Of a stretch of 64,000 nt of DNA, positions 51,628 through 60,618 are shown piece by piece; the stretch's first letter is position 1, and every line of letters starts with the position of its first letter. The stretch is taken from assembly GCA_965223155.1 (NCBI GenBank), contig CBDCVR010000015.1, forward strand, positions 160,001 through 224,000, written 5' to 3'. The translations under genes were made by a program, and so were the position numbers. A model generated the notes under the pieces. That model was not told the origin of the DNA, searched no databases, and saw only the letters and a program-made list of their open reading frames with translations. This DNA comes from Candidatus Multivoradales bacterium. Its GTDB lineage: Bacteria; Acidobacteriota; Thermoanaerobaculia; Multivoradales; JAHEKO01.

Positions 51628-54600
51628 GCGTCGAGGTCCAGCTTGGCCGCCAGATAGGACAGCGCTTGCCGGGTTAGTCCGAGCCGGCGGGCGGCGGCGG
51701 CTCGATTCCCTCCCTCGGCCCGCAAGGCCTCCTCGACCAGGCTTCGGCGGTAGCGCTGCACCTTCTCATGGTAGCCGATCCGGGCGGCACCGGTTTGGTA
51801 CGGAAGATCCAGATGCTCGGGCAGAATCTCCCCGTTCCGGGCGTAGGCCACGGCAACGTCCAGGACGTTCTTGAGCTCGCGAACGTTTCCCGGCCAGGAG
51901 TAGGCCGCGAGCTGGCGCCGGGCCGCGTCGGACAACCGCGCCGGACGGCCGCGGCCGTCCGCCAGGAAGTGCTCCGCCAGCAGCAGGACATCGTCGCCCC
52001 GTTCCTTGAGCGGCGCCAGCCGCAGGCGCCCGACCCGGAGCCGGTAGTAGAGATCGGCCCGGAACTCTCCGGACTTGACCATCGACTCGAGGTCGCGGTG
52101 GGTAGCCGCGACCACTCGAACGTCGGTCTTTCGAGGCAGGGTCTCGCCGACCCGACGTACCTCCCCTTCCTGCAAGACCCGCAGCAGAAACCCCTGGGCC
52201 CGGAGCGGCAGGTCCCCGATCTCGTCCAGAAACACGGTTCCGCCCCGGGCGGTCTCGAACACGCCGGCGCGGTCGCGGGCAGCGCCCGTGAAAGCGCCCT
52301 TGACGTGCCCAAAGAGATCCGACATCAGGAGATCCTCCGCCACGGCGGCGCAGTTCATCGCCACGAAGGCCTCTTGCTGACGCGGGCTGACGGCGTGGAC
52401 GTACCGGGCCAGGAGTTCCTTGCCGGTGCCGGTCTCGCCGTGAATCAGGATCGGAACTTCGGCCGGCGCCAGGGTTTGGGCGCGCTCGAGCGCTTCCCGG
52501 AGCGCCGGACTCGAGCCCACCAGCGGCGCACGCGGCCGGCCCGCAGGCTCCGGAGCGCGGTCGGCGCTATAGCCGTCAGTCACCAGCGCGAACAGCGCCT
52601 CCTGGGTCGGGTCCAGAAACGGAGTCTCCAGCAGGTACTCGGCGCCGCCGACGCGGCGCCTACTCCTGGCCGGCCCTCCCCTGCCATCCACGAGAATCCG
52701 GCTACCGCGATCGGTCTCTACCGTCAGACGAACCTGCGGGTAGCCGGCCCCGGAGAACAGCTCCGTCACGTCCCGGCCGGCTTCGCCCGGCTCCAGCAGG
52801 AAGTCCCGCAAGGCCTTCCAGGACGAGCTGTCCCGCCGGTCCAGGCGCTCGGCCAGCGGGCCGGCGCCGGCCTCGCGCAGAGCCACGACGGCCGCGCGCA
52901 AGACATGGGGTGGACTGATCCCCGGCTCCAGAAGCTCGAGGTCGAAAACCAGCCGCCCCGCCCGGTACGCCTCGGCTCCCGCCAGCGCTTCCCAGTCCTG
53001 GGCTGCCAGAGCCTCGCCCGAGAGAACTTTCGTCCACAGGGGCCGGGCGAAGCCAGCCGGCGCCTCGGCCAGGGCCCGCTCTCGGTCCCCCGCCAGCGCC
53101 CACAGTGCCGGAACCTCTTCGGCTTCGAGCTCGAAGATCGCTTCCGCGTTCGCCCCGGCCAGCTCCTCGGCGGCCGCCTCGGGTCGCTCCAACCAGCCGA
53201 GAGCGCGGGCCGCCACCACCCGCAAGACGCCCGAGCGCCAAGCGACCTGCCGGTGCTCGAGCTCCTCGGCCGCCGCCCGAGCCTTGAGCAGTGCCGCGTG
53301 CGGCCGACCCCGGGCCAGCTCGTACCGGGCCAGCATCTCGAGGTCACAGGCGTAACTGCGCCAGTTCCGCGCCCGCCGATCCGCCTTGGCCGCGGCTTCC
53401 AGCACCGCGCGCACGCCCGCGGTCCGGCCCCGCCGTAACCGCACCTCGGCCAGATTGAAGCGCAGGAACGTGGCATTCCGGCTTCCCTGCGCGTCCCGAT
53501 GGAGCCGCAGCGCGTGCAGCATCGCGCGCTCGGCTCCGCTCAGATCGCCCGTCTCTACGCGAGCCATGGCCAGCTCGTTCCACAGCGCCCCCGCCTCGAA
53601 CGGCGTCAGGGACCGTCGCCAGCCGCCCAGTGCCCGGGCGAAGCTCGCCGCCGCCGCATCGCCATCGCCCCGAGCCAGCGCGCCCAAGCCCTCGGCTTTG
53701 AGCCAGCGCCAGCCCAAGCGCTGGGACTCGAGGGCGGCGCGCGAGGCCTCGAGATGCCCGTCGATCTGGTCGAGCCGGCCGCGGTCCCAGGCTCGTAGAG
53801 CGGCGAAGATGCGCGCCCGCAGGCGAGCCTCGGGTGCTTCATCGGCCAGCGCCCTTTCCAGCCAGCGATCCGCGTCCCGCTCCCGGCCCAAGTTGGCGAA
53901 CACCCGGATCGCCGCCGAGACCAGCTGCATCCGCTGGCGGCTCGTCAACCCGGCGTCCTCCAACCGGTCGATCTCCCGCACCGCCCGGCCCAACTTGTTG
54001 AGACGAACCAACGTCCACAGGCGCAGCAGGCGCGCCTCCGGCGAGCGCCGCCCCTTGAGGTTCGCCAGCGCGTCCTGGAACCGCCCGACCGCGTACAGGC
54101 AGCGGGCGAAACTCAAGCGCGCGGCCGCGTCCTCGGGCGGTTCGATCTCCCACAGGCGCACCGCCTGACGCCAGCGTCCCTGCTCGATGAGGCTCCCGGC
54201 GTCTCCCCGCCTCGGATCGCGCGCCCAGAGCCTACCGCCGTCGAGCGATGCCAACCGATGCTCGACCTCGGCGAGATCGCTCTCGTCACCCGCGAGCAGG
54301 CTTCTCCGGAACCAAGTCGGTCCCAGGACGGTCACCCTCAAGCCACCGGGTGAGGTCGGGTGCCCGGCCGCCAGAGCCTTGCGATACTCGCCGAGCTCGG
54401 CGCGCCAGAGGAAGCCCGCCCGGCGGGCCAGATCGTCGACGATCTCGGTGGGCTTGAGCTCCGAAAGCTCCGAGCGCCAGCGCTCGAAGAGCTCGCGCGC
54501 AATCCGGCGGCCCTCGCCACGGCCAGCCGGCGCTTCTTCCGAGCGAAACGCAGCCGCCAGCAGAGCGGCCAACCCGTCCTGCGGCCGGCCCCGGCTGGGG

Positions 54601-54809
54601 ACCACGCGGCCCCGCAGCCCAGCCAGCCGGCCGTCGCTCAAGATCGGCCCCGACCAGTCATCGACACCGTAGCCGGAGCCCTCCAGATGGGCCAGCAGGC
54701 AGGCTCCCTCGAAGACGATCGCGATGCGCTGCCGGTCGGTCAGGCGGGCGTCGGAGAGAGACTCCTCGCCTCGTCCCGATAGACAACAATGCTCCAGCGG
54801 TACGTCCAT
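51624..54809 (-). CDS. Very large sigma54-dependent enhancer-binding protein (TPR-like N-region, AAA+, Fis HTH)
   Basis: GETGTGKE, LFGHVKGAFTGA, FLDEIGD, FRADLYYRL, WPGNVREL, GNRAAAARRLGL. ATG 54809 has GGAGGA 8 nt upstream. Confidence 0.9.
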   Translation of the reverse strand: MDVPLEHCCLSGRGEESLSDARLTDRQRIAIVFEGACLLAHLEGSGYGVDDWSGPILSDGRLAGLRGRVVPSRGRPQDGLAALLAAAFRSEEAPAGRGEGRRIARELFERWRSELSELKPTEIVDDLARRAGFLWRAELGEYRKALAAGHPTSPGGLRVTVLGPTWFRRSLLAGDESDLAEVEHRLASLDGGRLWARDPRRGDAGSLIEQGRWRQAVRLWEIEPPEDAAARLSFARCLYAVGRFQDALANLKGRRSPEARLLRLWTLVRLNKLGRAVREIDRLEDAGLTSRQRMQLVSAAIRVFANLGRERDADRWLERALADEAPEARLRARIFAALRAWDRGRLDQIDGHLEASRAALESQRLGWRWLKAEGLGALARGDGDAAAASFARALGGWRRSLTPFEAGALWNELAMARVETGDLSGAERAMLHALRLHRDAQGSRNATFLRFNLAEVRLRRGRTAGVRAVLEAAAKADRRARNWRSYACDLEMLARYELARGRPHAALLKARAAAEELEHRQVAWRSGVLRVVAARALGWLERPEAAAEELAGANAEAIFELEAEEVPALWALAGDRERALAEAPAGFARPLWTKVLSGEALAAQDWEALAGAEAYRAGRLVFDLELLEPGISPPHVLRAAVVALREAGAGPLAERLDRRDSSSWKALRDFLLEPGEAGRDVTELFSGAGYPQVRLTVETDRGSRILVDGRGGPARSRRRVGGAEYLLETPFLDPTQEALFALVTDGYSADRAPEPAGRPRAPLVGSSPALREALERAQTLAPAEVPILIHGETGTGKELLARYVHAVSPRQQEAFVAMNCAAVAEDLLMSDLFGHVKGAFTGAARDRAGVFETARGGTVFLDEIGDLPLRAQGFLLRVLQEGEVRRVGETLPRKTDVRVVAATHRDLESMVKSGEFRADLYYRLRVGRLRLAPLKERGDDVLLLAEHFLADGRGRPARLSDAARRQLAAYSWPGNVRELKNVLDVAVAYARNGEILPEHLDLPYQTGAARIGYHEKVQRYRRSLVEEALRAEGGNRAAAARRLGLTRQALSYLAAKLDLDA

Positions 54810-55018
54810 TGCCACTATCCTCCAAGCTTCGCCCCGCGACCCGCCGCGTCAGCGACGTTCCGCGGGAGTCCCTCGACCCCTCTCGACTCCCCAACCAAGT
54901 ACTCGGCTCGGCGCGAGTCTATACCGCTAGGGCGAGAACCGGCGGCGGCCCGGCCCGGCCCGGAACCACTAGCCGCAACCTACCGGCCGAGACTGCCCAC
55001 TGGGAACCCAGCGCCGGC

Positions 55019-56323
55019 CTACGCCGGGCCGCTTTCGCAGACGCGTTCGAAATCCCGCCAGAAACTGGGGTAGGACTTGGCGACGACTTCGGGCCCATCG
55101 ATCACCGTGCCGGGGCGGCGCAGACCGGCCACCGCGAAGCTCATCGCCAGCCGGTGATCGTCGGCGGTATCGACCTGCGCGGGATCCTCAGGTGGACCGC
55201 CGGAAGCCCAGACGCCTGGCACGATCAGTCCGTCCCTCTCGACTTCGGCCGCCGCGCCCAGGGCGGCGAGGCCGGCCGCCGTGGCGGTCAAGCGATCGCT
55301 TTCCTTGGCCGCGACGAACCCGACGCCGGCGATCGAGGTCTCGCCTGCCGCAAACGGGGCGATCGCTGCCAGGGTGGGAACCTGATCGGGCATGTCCGCC
55401 AGGTTCGCGGTCACCGCCCGGAGCTTGCCCGTACCGGTCACCCGCAGCCGGTCGTCCAGCCAGCGGTGCCGGGCTCCCATGGCCCCAAGGATCTCGAGGA
55501 ACCGCCGATCGCCCTGCCGGGAGTCCCGGCGGAGGCCGGCGAGCTCGATCCAGCCGCCGGTCAGAGCCGCCGCGGCGGCGAAATAGCAAGCGCTCGAGTC
55601 GTCGCCCTCGAGCACGAGCTCCGCGTCTTGCGGAAGCTCCGGCTTGACCCGGTACCGGCCTGGGCCGGCCGTCACGGCGGCGCCAAAATCCCGGATCGCC
55701 TGGACGGTCAGATCCACGTAGGGCGCGGAGACCAGTCCGTCGACCTCGAGCTCGAGCCCCCGTGGCGCCCGCAGACACGCCATCAGTAGCGCCGAGACGA
55801 ACTGACTCGAGCCGGTGGCGTCGACGCGGGCCCGGCCGCCTTGGAGAGTCCCTCCTCGAAGACGCACCGGCGCGTGCCCCTCGGCGGCCAGGCACTCAAT
55901 CTCGGCGCCCAGATCACGGAGGGCGTCGAGGAGAGGTGCCAGCGGTCTCTCCCGGAGGCGCGGGGTGCCGTCCAGGATCCAGAGTCCGGGACGGGTCGCC
56001 AGGCTCGCGGTCAAGAAGCGGAGCATCGTGCCCGAGGCGCCGCAGTCGATCGCCACCGGCTCGGCGACGGCAGCAACCTGCCGAACCGCCGGCACGGCTA
56101 CGTCCCAACAGTCGCCCGCGCGCCGCGCCGTACCGCCGATCCGTGCGATCGCCATCAGCAGCGCGTGGATGTCCTCGGCATCGAGCAGGCCCCGCAGGCG
56201 CGTCCGTCCCCCCGCCAGGAGAGCCAGATTTAGATAGCGGTTCGAAACGCTCTTCGAAGGCGGTACGGTGACGCGGCCCGCAACCCGCCGGCCGGCACGA
56301 ATCGGACGAGCCGGGACGGTCAC
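55019..56323 (-). CDS. aroA: 3-phosphoshikimate 1-carboxyvinyltransferase (EPSP synthase)
   Basis: PPSKS, GASGTMLRF, RERP, SSQFVSALL, KESDR, DDHRLAM, KSYPSFW. Start GTG 56323 approximate. Confidence 0.94.
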   Translation of the reverse strand: MTVPARPIRAGRRVAGRVTVPPSKSVSNRYLNLALLAGGRTRLRGLLDAEDIHALLMAIARIGGTARRAGDCWDVAVPAVRQVAAVAEPVAIDCGASGTMLRFLTASLATRPGLWILDGTPRLRERPLAPLLDALRDLGAEIECLAAEGHAPVRLRGGTLQGGRARVDATGSSQFVSALLMACLRAPRGLELEVDGLVSAPYVDLTVQAIRDFGAAVTAGPGRYRVKPELPQDAELVLEGDDSSACYFAAAAALTGGWIELAGLRRDSRQGDRRFLEILGAMGARHRWLDDRLRVTGTGKLRAVTANLADMPDQVPTLAAIAPFAAGETSIAGVGFVAAKESDRLTATAAGLAALGAAAEVERDGLIVPGVWASGGPPEDPAQVDTADDHRLAMSFAVAGLRRPGTVIDGPEVVAKSYPSFWRDFERVCESGPA

Positions 56324-56333
56324 GAGCCCGGCC

Positions 56334-57014
56334 CTAGCCCAGCCATTCGATTCGACGAGTCTCGAACCAGGCATCCAAGATCCGCACCTCGCCACCGGCA
56401 ACCCGCCAGTTCCGGGCCTCGTGAAAGTGTCCCAGGAGCAGGACGTCATGGCCCTCCGCCAGGCGCCGCTCGCCGTAGCGCTTGAGCACGTCCTCCGGAA
56501 TCTCGGACTTGTGCTTGAAGTTGGTCTTGGACAGGCTCCGCTCCATGCGGTCCACGAGATATTGAGCCAGGGCTCGCGGCAGACCGAACATCGCCCAGCG
56601 GGTGACCGGATTCTTGGAGATTCGGCGCCAGAAGCGGTAGAGGTAGTCGCGGGCGTTGAGGCCGTCCCCATGGACGACCAGATAGCGCACACCGGCGTGG
56701 TCGAAGGCGAGCTCGGTCCCCACCGAGCGCAGACTCTTCGAGTAGACGCTCCCGGCCAGGAAGAAGTCCCGGTTCCCTTCGATGTAGTCAACCGGCACGC
56801 CACGCTCTCCGAGGCGCTCGAGGGCGGCCACGATCTCGCGGATGTCCAGGGTCTCGAACCTGGGCGATCCGATCCAGGCCTGAAACAGGTCTCCGAGGAG
56901 CACCAAGCGCTCGCACGAGGCCGGCTCCAGCCGGTCGAGCTGCGCCACCAACTCGCCGGCGGCGCCGCCGGGACCGCCCAGGTGGGCGTCGGCCACAACC
57001 GCCACCCCGGTCAT
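56334..57014 (-). CDS. lpxH: UDP-2,3-diacylglucosamine hydrolase-like metallophosphoesterase
   Basis: ADAH, LGDLF, GNRDF, HGD, GHFH. Confidence 0.82.
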   Translation of the reverse strand: MTGVAVVADAHLGGPGGAAGELVAQLDRLEPASCERLVLLGDLFQAWIGSPRFETLDIREIVAALERLGERGVPVDYIEGNRDFFLAGSVYSKSLRSVGTELAFDHAGVRYLVVHGDGLNARDYLYRFWRRISKNPVTRWAMFGLPRALAQYLVDRMERSLSKTNFKHKSEIPEDVLKRYGERRLAEGHDVLLLGHFHEARNWRVAGGEVRILDAWFETRRIEWLG

Positions 57015-57099
57015 CGCGATCCTGGAACGCGGCGGCGGCCCAAGCCGCGCGAAGCGGTGGCTCCGGCGCGCCGGAGTGCCAGGGGCGGCATCAACCGGC

Positions 57100-58176
57100 T
57101 CAAAAAATCGACAGCCTCGGAGGCGCGTTCGCGGCCACCGCCGAGACCACGGCGTCGGCCAGGGTCGAGAAGGCTTCCGCATGCGGTCCGTCCGGTTCGG
57201 ACACCACCACCGGAACCCCGTCGTCGCCGCCCCGCATGATCACCGGATCCAGCGGCACCCGGCCCAAGAACTCCCGATCCAAGCTCTCGGCGGTGGCTTG
57301 GCCGCCGCCCTTCTTGAAGATATCCGTGACCTCGCCGCAATGAGGACACGCAAAGCCGGACATGTTCTCGATGATGCCGACCACGGGAACGTTGACCTTG
57401 TCGAACATGGTCAGGCCCTTGCGGGCGTCGATCAAGGCGATGTCCTGGGGAGTGGTCACGACGACGGCGCCCGAAAGCGGCACCTTTTGGCTGATGGTGA
57501 GTTGCGCATCGCCGGTGCCCGGCGGCAGGTCCACGATCATGTAGTCGAGCGCGCCCCAGACCACGTCGCCCAGCATCTGCTCGATGGCGCGCATCACCAT
57601 CGGCCCCCGCCAGATCACCGCCGTGTCGGTATCGACCACGAAGCCGAGCGACATCAGCTTGACGCCGTGGCGCTCGAACGGCAGCAGGCGGTTGCCCTCG
57701 ACCCGGGGCCGCTCGTTGATGCCGAACATCATCGGCAGAGACGGGCCGTAGATGTCGGCGTCCAAAACGCCGACCCGGAAGCCCTTGGCAGCGAGAGCCA
57801 CGGCCAGGTTGACGGCCACCGTGGACTTGCCCACCCCGCCCTTGCCGCTGGCGACCGCGACCACGTTCTGAACCTCCGGGATGAGCTGAGGATCGCGGGC
57901 CACGGCATCCTGCGCCGGCGCCGGCGGTTGCTCGACCCGGAGCTCGACGCGGACGTCGCCGAGCCCTTCGATGCGCCCGAGAGCCTCCTCGACCGCGGCG
58001 GCGACCTGTTCGGCGCGCTCGGGCTGCCCGGTCGAGATCTGCAGACGGACGCTTGCTCGCCTACCGTTGATCTCGACTCCATCCACGAAGCCGAAGGACA
58101 CGATGTCGCGGCTCATGCCGGGAAACCGAATCTTCCGCAACTCGTCCCAAACCAGCTGTTCCAAGGGTGCGCTCAC
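57100..58176 (-). CDS. mrp: Mrp/ApbC Fe-S cluster carrier ATPase
   Basis: SGKGGVGKST, DADIYGPS, WRGPM, DLPPGTGD, ENMS, CPHC. Confidence 0.94.
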   Translation of the reverse strand: MSAPLEQLVWDELRKIRFPGMSRDIVSFGFVDGVEINGRRASVRLQISTGQPERAEQVAAAVEEALGRIEGLGDVRVELRVEQPPAPAQDAVARDPQLIPEVQNVVAVASGKGGVGKSTVAVNLAVALAAKGFRVGVLDADIYGPSLPMMFGINERPRVEGNRLLPFERHGVKLMSLGFVVDTDTAVIWRGPMVMRAIEQMLGDVVWGALDYMIVDLPPGTGDAQLTISQKVPLSGAVVVTTPQDIALIDARKGLTMFDKVNVPVVGIIENMSGFACPHCGEVTDIFKKGGGQATAESLDREFLGRVPLDPVIMRGGDDGVPVVVSEPDGPHAEAFSTLADAVVSAVAANAPPRLSIF

Positions 58177-58949
58177 TTCGTCGTCTCCTCCAAGTTCCGT
58201 TGGGGCCGCGGCTGCCGGAGCCGCTCGATCTCGTGCCGGATCCGGTCGGTCAGCCGGCGGCGCCCAGCGACGCCGTAGTCCTCCACCGCGATCGGCGAGC
58301 CGTAGTGTAGCCGGAGAGGCCGCGGCCGGATCCACAGACTGCGCTTCTTCTGGATGGACGCACTCTCGACGAGACCGACCGGCACGATGGGCAAGCCGCT
58401 CTTGAGCGCCAAGAGAAAGCCGCCGCGCTTGAACGGCAGTAGCCGGTCACCGGGCGAGCGCGTGCCTTCCGGGAAGATCAGCACCGACACGCCGCCGTCC
58501 AGCTGCGCGATGGCCGAGGAGAAGCTGTCACGGGCCGTGCTCAGGTCCTTCCGGTCGATCGTGATAAATCCGCCCATCTTGAGCGCCCAGCCGAAGATCG
58601 GAATCTGGAACAGGCTCTTCTTGGCCAGAAACCGGGTTTGTCCCGGCAGGGTCGCCAGGAGACCGGGAATGTCGAACAGGCTGCTGTGATTGGCCATGAA
58701 CACGTACTGGCCGCATGGGTCGAGCGGCGTCTCGAATTGCGGCCGAGCGGAGACCCAGCTAGCCGCGAGCACCCCCTTCGCCCAGAGCCTGGCGATCCCG
58801 TAGATCAAGCGGCCACGAGGCGGGATCCAGCCCAGGAGAACCGCCGCCGAGGCCAGGACGAAGGTCCCGGCGAGCAGAAACAGATTGCCCGTCAGAGTCG
58901 CCACGGCCACCGCCAGGGGCGATGGGTCATGCGTTGGGCGATGGGCCAA
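58173..58949 (-). CDS. plsC: 1-acyl-sn-glycerol-3-phosphate acyltransferase
   Basis: NHSSLFD, FLAKKSL, IFPEGTRS, FKRGGF. Start uncertain. Confidence 0.9.
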   Translation of the reverse strand: MAHRPTHDPSPLAVAVATLTGNLFLLAGTFVLASAAVLLGWIPPRGRLIYGIARLWAKGVLAASWVSARPQFETPLDPCGQYVFMANHSSLFDIPGLLATLPGQTRFLAKKSLFQIPIFGWALKMGGFITIDRKDLSTARDSFSSAIAQLDGGVSVLIFPEGTRSPGDRLLPFKRGGFLLALKSGLPIVPVGLVESASIQKKRSLWIRPRPLRLHYGSPIAVEDYGVAGRRRLTDRIRHEIERLRQPRPQRNLEETTK

Positions 58950-58974
58950 GGGTCGGCGCTCCGCGCTGAGTGCT

Positions 58975-58983
58975 TGCTACAAT
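58975..58983 (+). promoter_or_regulatory. Extended -10 element for the mla operon
   Basis: TGCTACAAT in the divergent plsC/mlaE gap. Confidence 0.5.
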
Positions 58984-59101
58984 CCTTGCGAATGTCGGTC
59001 GAGACCGCTTCGCCGCCCTCCGCCGGAGTTCGCGACGAAGAGCCCGCTTCGGGCTCGCGATTGTACCGCTCCGGGCCTCCGGCCCCGCCGAATGGGCGCC
59101 G

Positions 59102-59860
59102 ATGATCGCTAGGCTGTACGAAGCACTCGCGCTCGTCGGGGGCTTGAGCGCGCTGGCGGCGCGCAGCTTCGTGGCCCTGGTCAAGCCGCCCTATGAGCCG
59201 CGGGCCTGGATCCGGGAGATGGAACAGATCGGCGTGCGCTCGCTTCTGGTGGCCGCGATCACGACGGTCTTTACCGGGATGGTGCTGGCGCTTCAGACCG
59301 CCTACAGCCTGCCATCTCTAGGCGTGAAGTACTACATCGGCACGGTGGTCTCGAAGTCGATCGTGCGCGAGCTCGGTCCGGTGCTCACCGCGCTCATCGT
59401 GGGCGGGCGCATCGGCTCGGGAATGACCGCCGAGCTGGGCACCATGCAGGTCACCGAGCAGATCGACGCCATGCGCTCGATGGCCGCCGACCCGGTCAAG
59501 AAGCTGGTGGCACCGAAGCTGGCCGCGAGCCTCCTCATGCTCCCGGTCCTGACCACCATCGGAGATCTCCTGGGAGTCCTGGGCGGACTCATCATTGCGA
59601 CCTTACAGCTTCAGCTAACCGCAGGCTTCTACATCAACGACGTCTTGGGCTCGCTCACGATCGACGACGTTTCGAGCGGCCTCGGCAAGTCGGTCTTCTT
59701 TGCCTTCTTCATCACGGTGATCGCCTGCTACAACGGCCTCACGGCTCGTGGTGGGGCCGACGGCGTCGGACGCGCCACCACCAACACCGTGGTCATGGCC
59801 TCGATCATGGTGCTGGTGTCGGACTTCTTCCTGACCAAGCTCTTCTACCTGCTGTTCTGA
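59102..59860 (+). CDS. mlaE: MlaE-family lipid ABC permease
   Basis: FTGMVLALQ, RELGPVLTAL, AELGTMQVTEQIDA, GVGRATT. Confidence 0.94.
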   Translation: MIARLYEALALVGGLSALAARSFVALVKPPYEPRAWIREMEQIGVRSLLVAAITTVFTGMVLALQTAYSLPSLGVKYYIGTVVSKSIVRELGPVLTALIVGGRIGSGMTAELGTMQVTEQIDAMRSMAADPVKKLVAPKLAASLLMLPVLTTIGDLLGVLGGLIIATLQLQLTAGFYINDVLGSLTIDDVSSGLGKSVFFAFFITVIACYNGLTARGGADGVGRATTNTVVMASIMVLVSDFFLTKLFYLLF

Positions 59861-59862
59861 CG

Positions 59863-60618
59863 ATGACGGGGCCACTGTTCGAAATCCGCGACCTGCACAA
59901 GGCGTACGGTAGCCGGAGCGTGCTCGCCGGGGTTTCTTTCGACATCTTTCCCGGCGAATGCCTGGTGATTCTGGGCCGCTCGGGCACTGGCAAGAGCGTG
60001 ACGCTGCGTCAGCTCAACGGCCTCGAGAAGCCCGACCGCGGCCGGGTCGTCTTCGACGGCATCGACATCTCGGCGCTGGACGAAGACGATCTCATCCCGA
60101 TCCGCCAGCGGGTCGCCATGCTCTTCCAGGGCGGCGCGCTCTTCGACTCGATGACCGTCTTCGACAACGTCGCCTTCCCGCTCCAGGAGCACACCGACCT
60201 GTCGGAGTCCGGGATCGCGGACAAGGTCGCGGACAAGCTCGCCAGCGTGCAGCTTCCGGGAGTCGAGACCAAGCTGCCGGCGGCTCTCTCGGGCGGCATG
60301 AAGAAGCGAGTCGCGCTGGCACGGTCCCTGGCGCTGGACCCGGAGGTCGTCCTCTTCGACGAGCCCACGACGGGGCTGGACCCGATGACGTCGGCGACCA
60401 TCGCCGGGCTGATTCAAAAGACACGAGAATCCCACGAGGTAACTTCGGTCGTGGTGACCCACGACCTGCCCCTGGCCCACCGCGTTGCCGATCGCGTGGC
60501 CTTCCTGGATGAGGGGAGGTTCCGCTTTGTCGGCACTTGGGACGAAGCGGAAGCTTCGGACGACGTTCTCCTGCGCAAGTTCCTGGCGGGAGAGGAGGAA
60601 AACGGCTATGACGCGTGA
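59863..60618 (+). CDS. mlaF: MlaF-family ABC ATPase
   Basis: GRSGTGKS, FQGGALFDS, LSGGMKKRVALAR, DEPTTGLDP, VTHD. Confidence 0.94.
   Translation: MTGPLFEIRDLHKAYGSRSVLAGVSFDIFPGECLVILGRSGTGKSVTLRQLNGLEKPDRGRVVFDGIDISALDEDDLIPIRQRVAMLFQGGALFDSMTVFDNVAFPLQEHTDLSESGIADKVADKLASVQLPGVETKLPAALSGGMKKRVALARSLALDPEVVLFDEPTTGLDPMTSATIAGLIQKTRESHEVTSVVVTHDLPLAHRVADRVAFLDEGRFRFVGTWDEAEASDDVLLRKFLAGEEENGYDA

Noticed and set aside
56324-56998. Apparent N-terminal fusion on aroA (likewise the long starts given for prmA, hutF, alaS and mrp)
   Set aside because: Stop-free upstream frames overlapping genuine neighbouring genes; starts were reassigned using motifs and stop/start overlaps.
58953-58976. CIRCE-like TCGGCGCTC...GAGTGCTTG
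   Set aside because: Spacer is 6 rather than 9 bp, the arms are poor, and it is not near chaperone genes.
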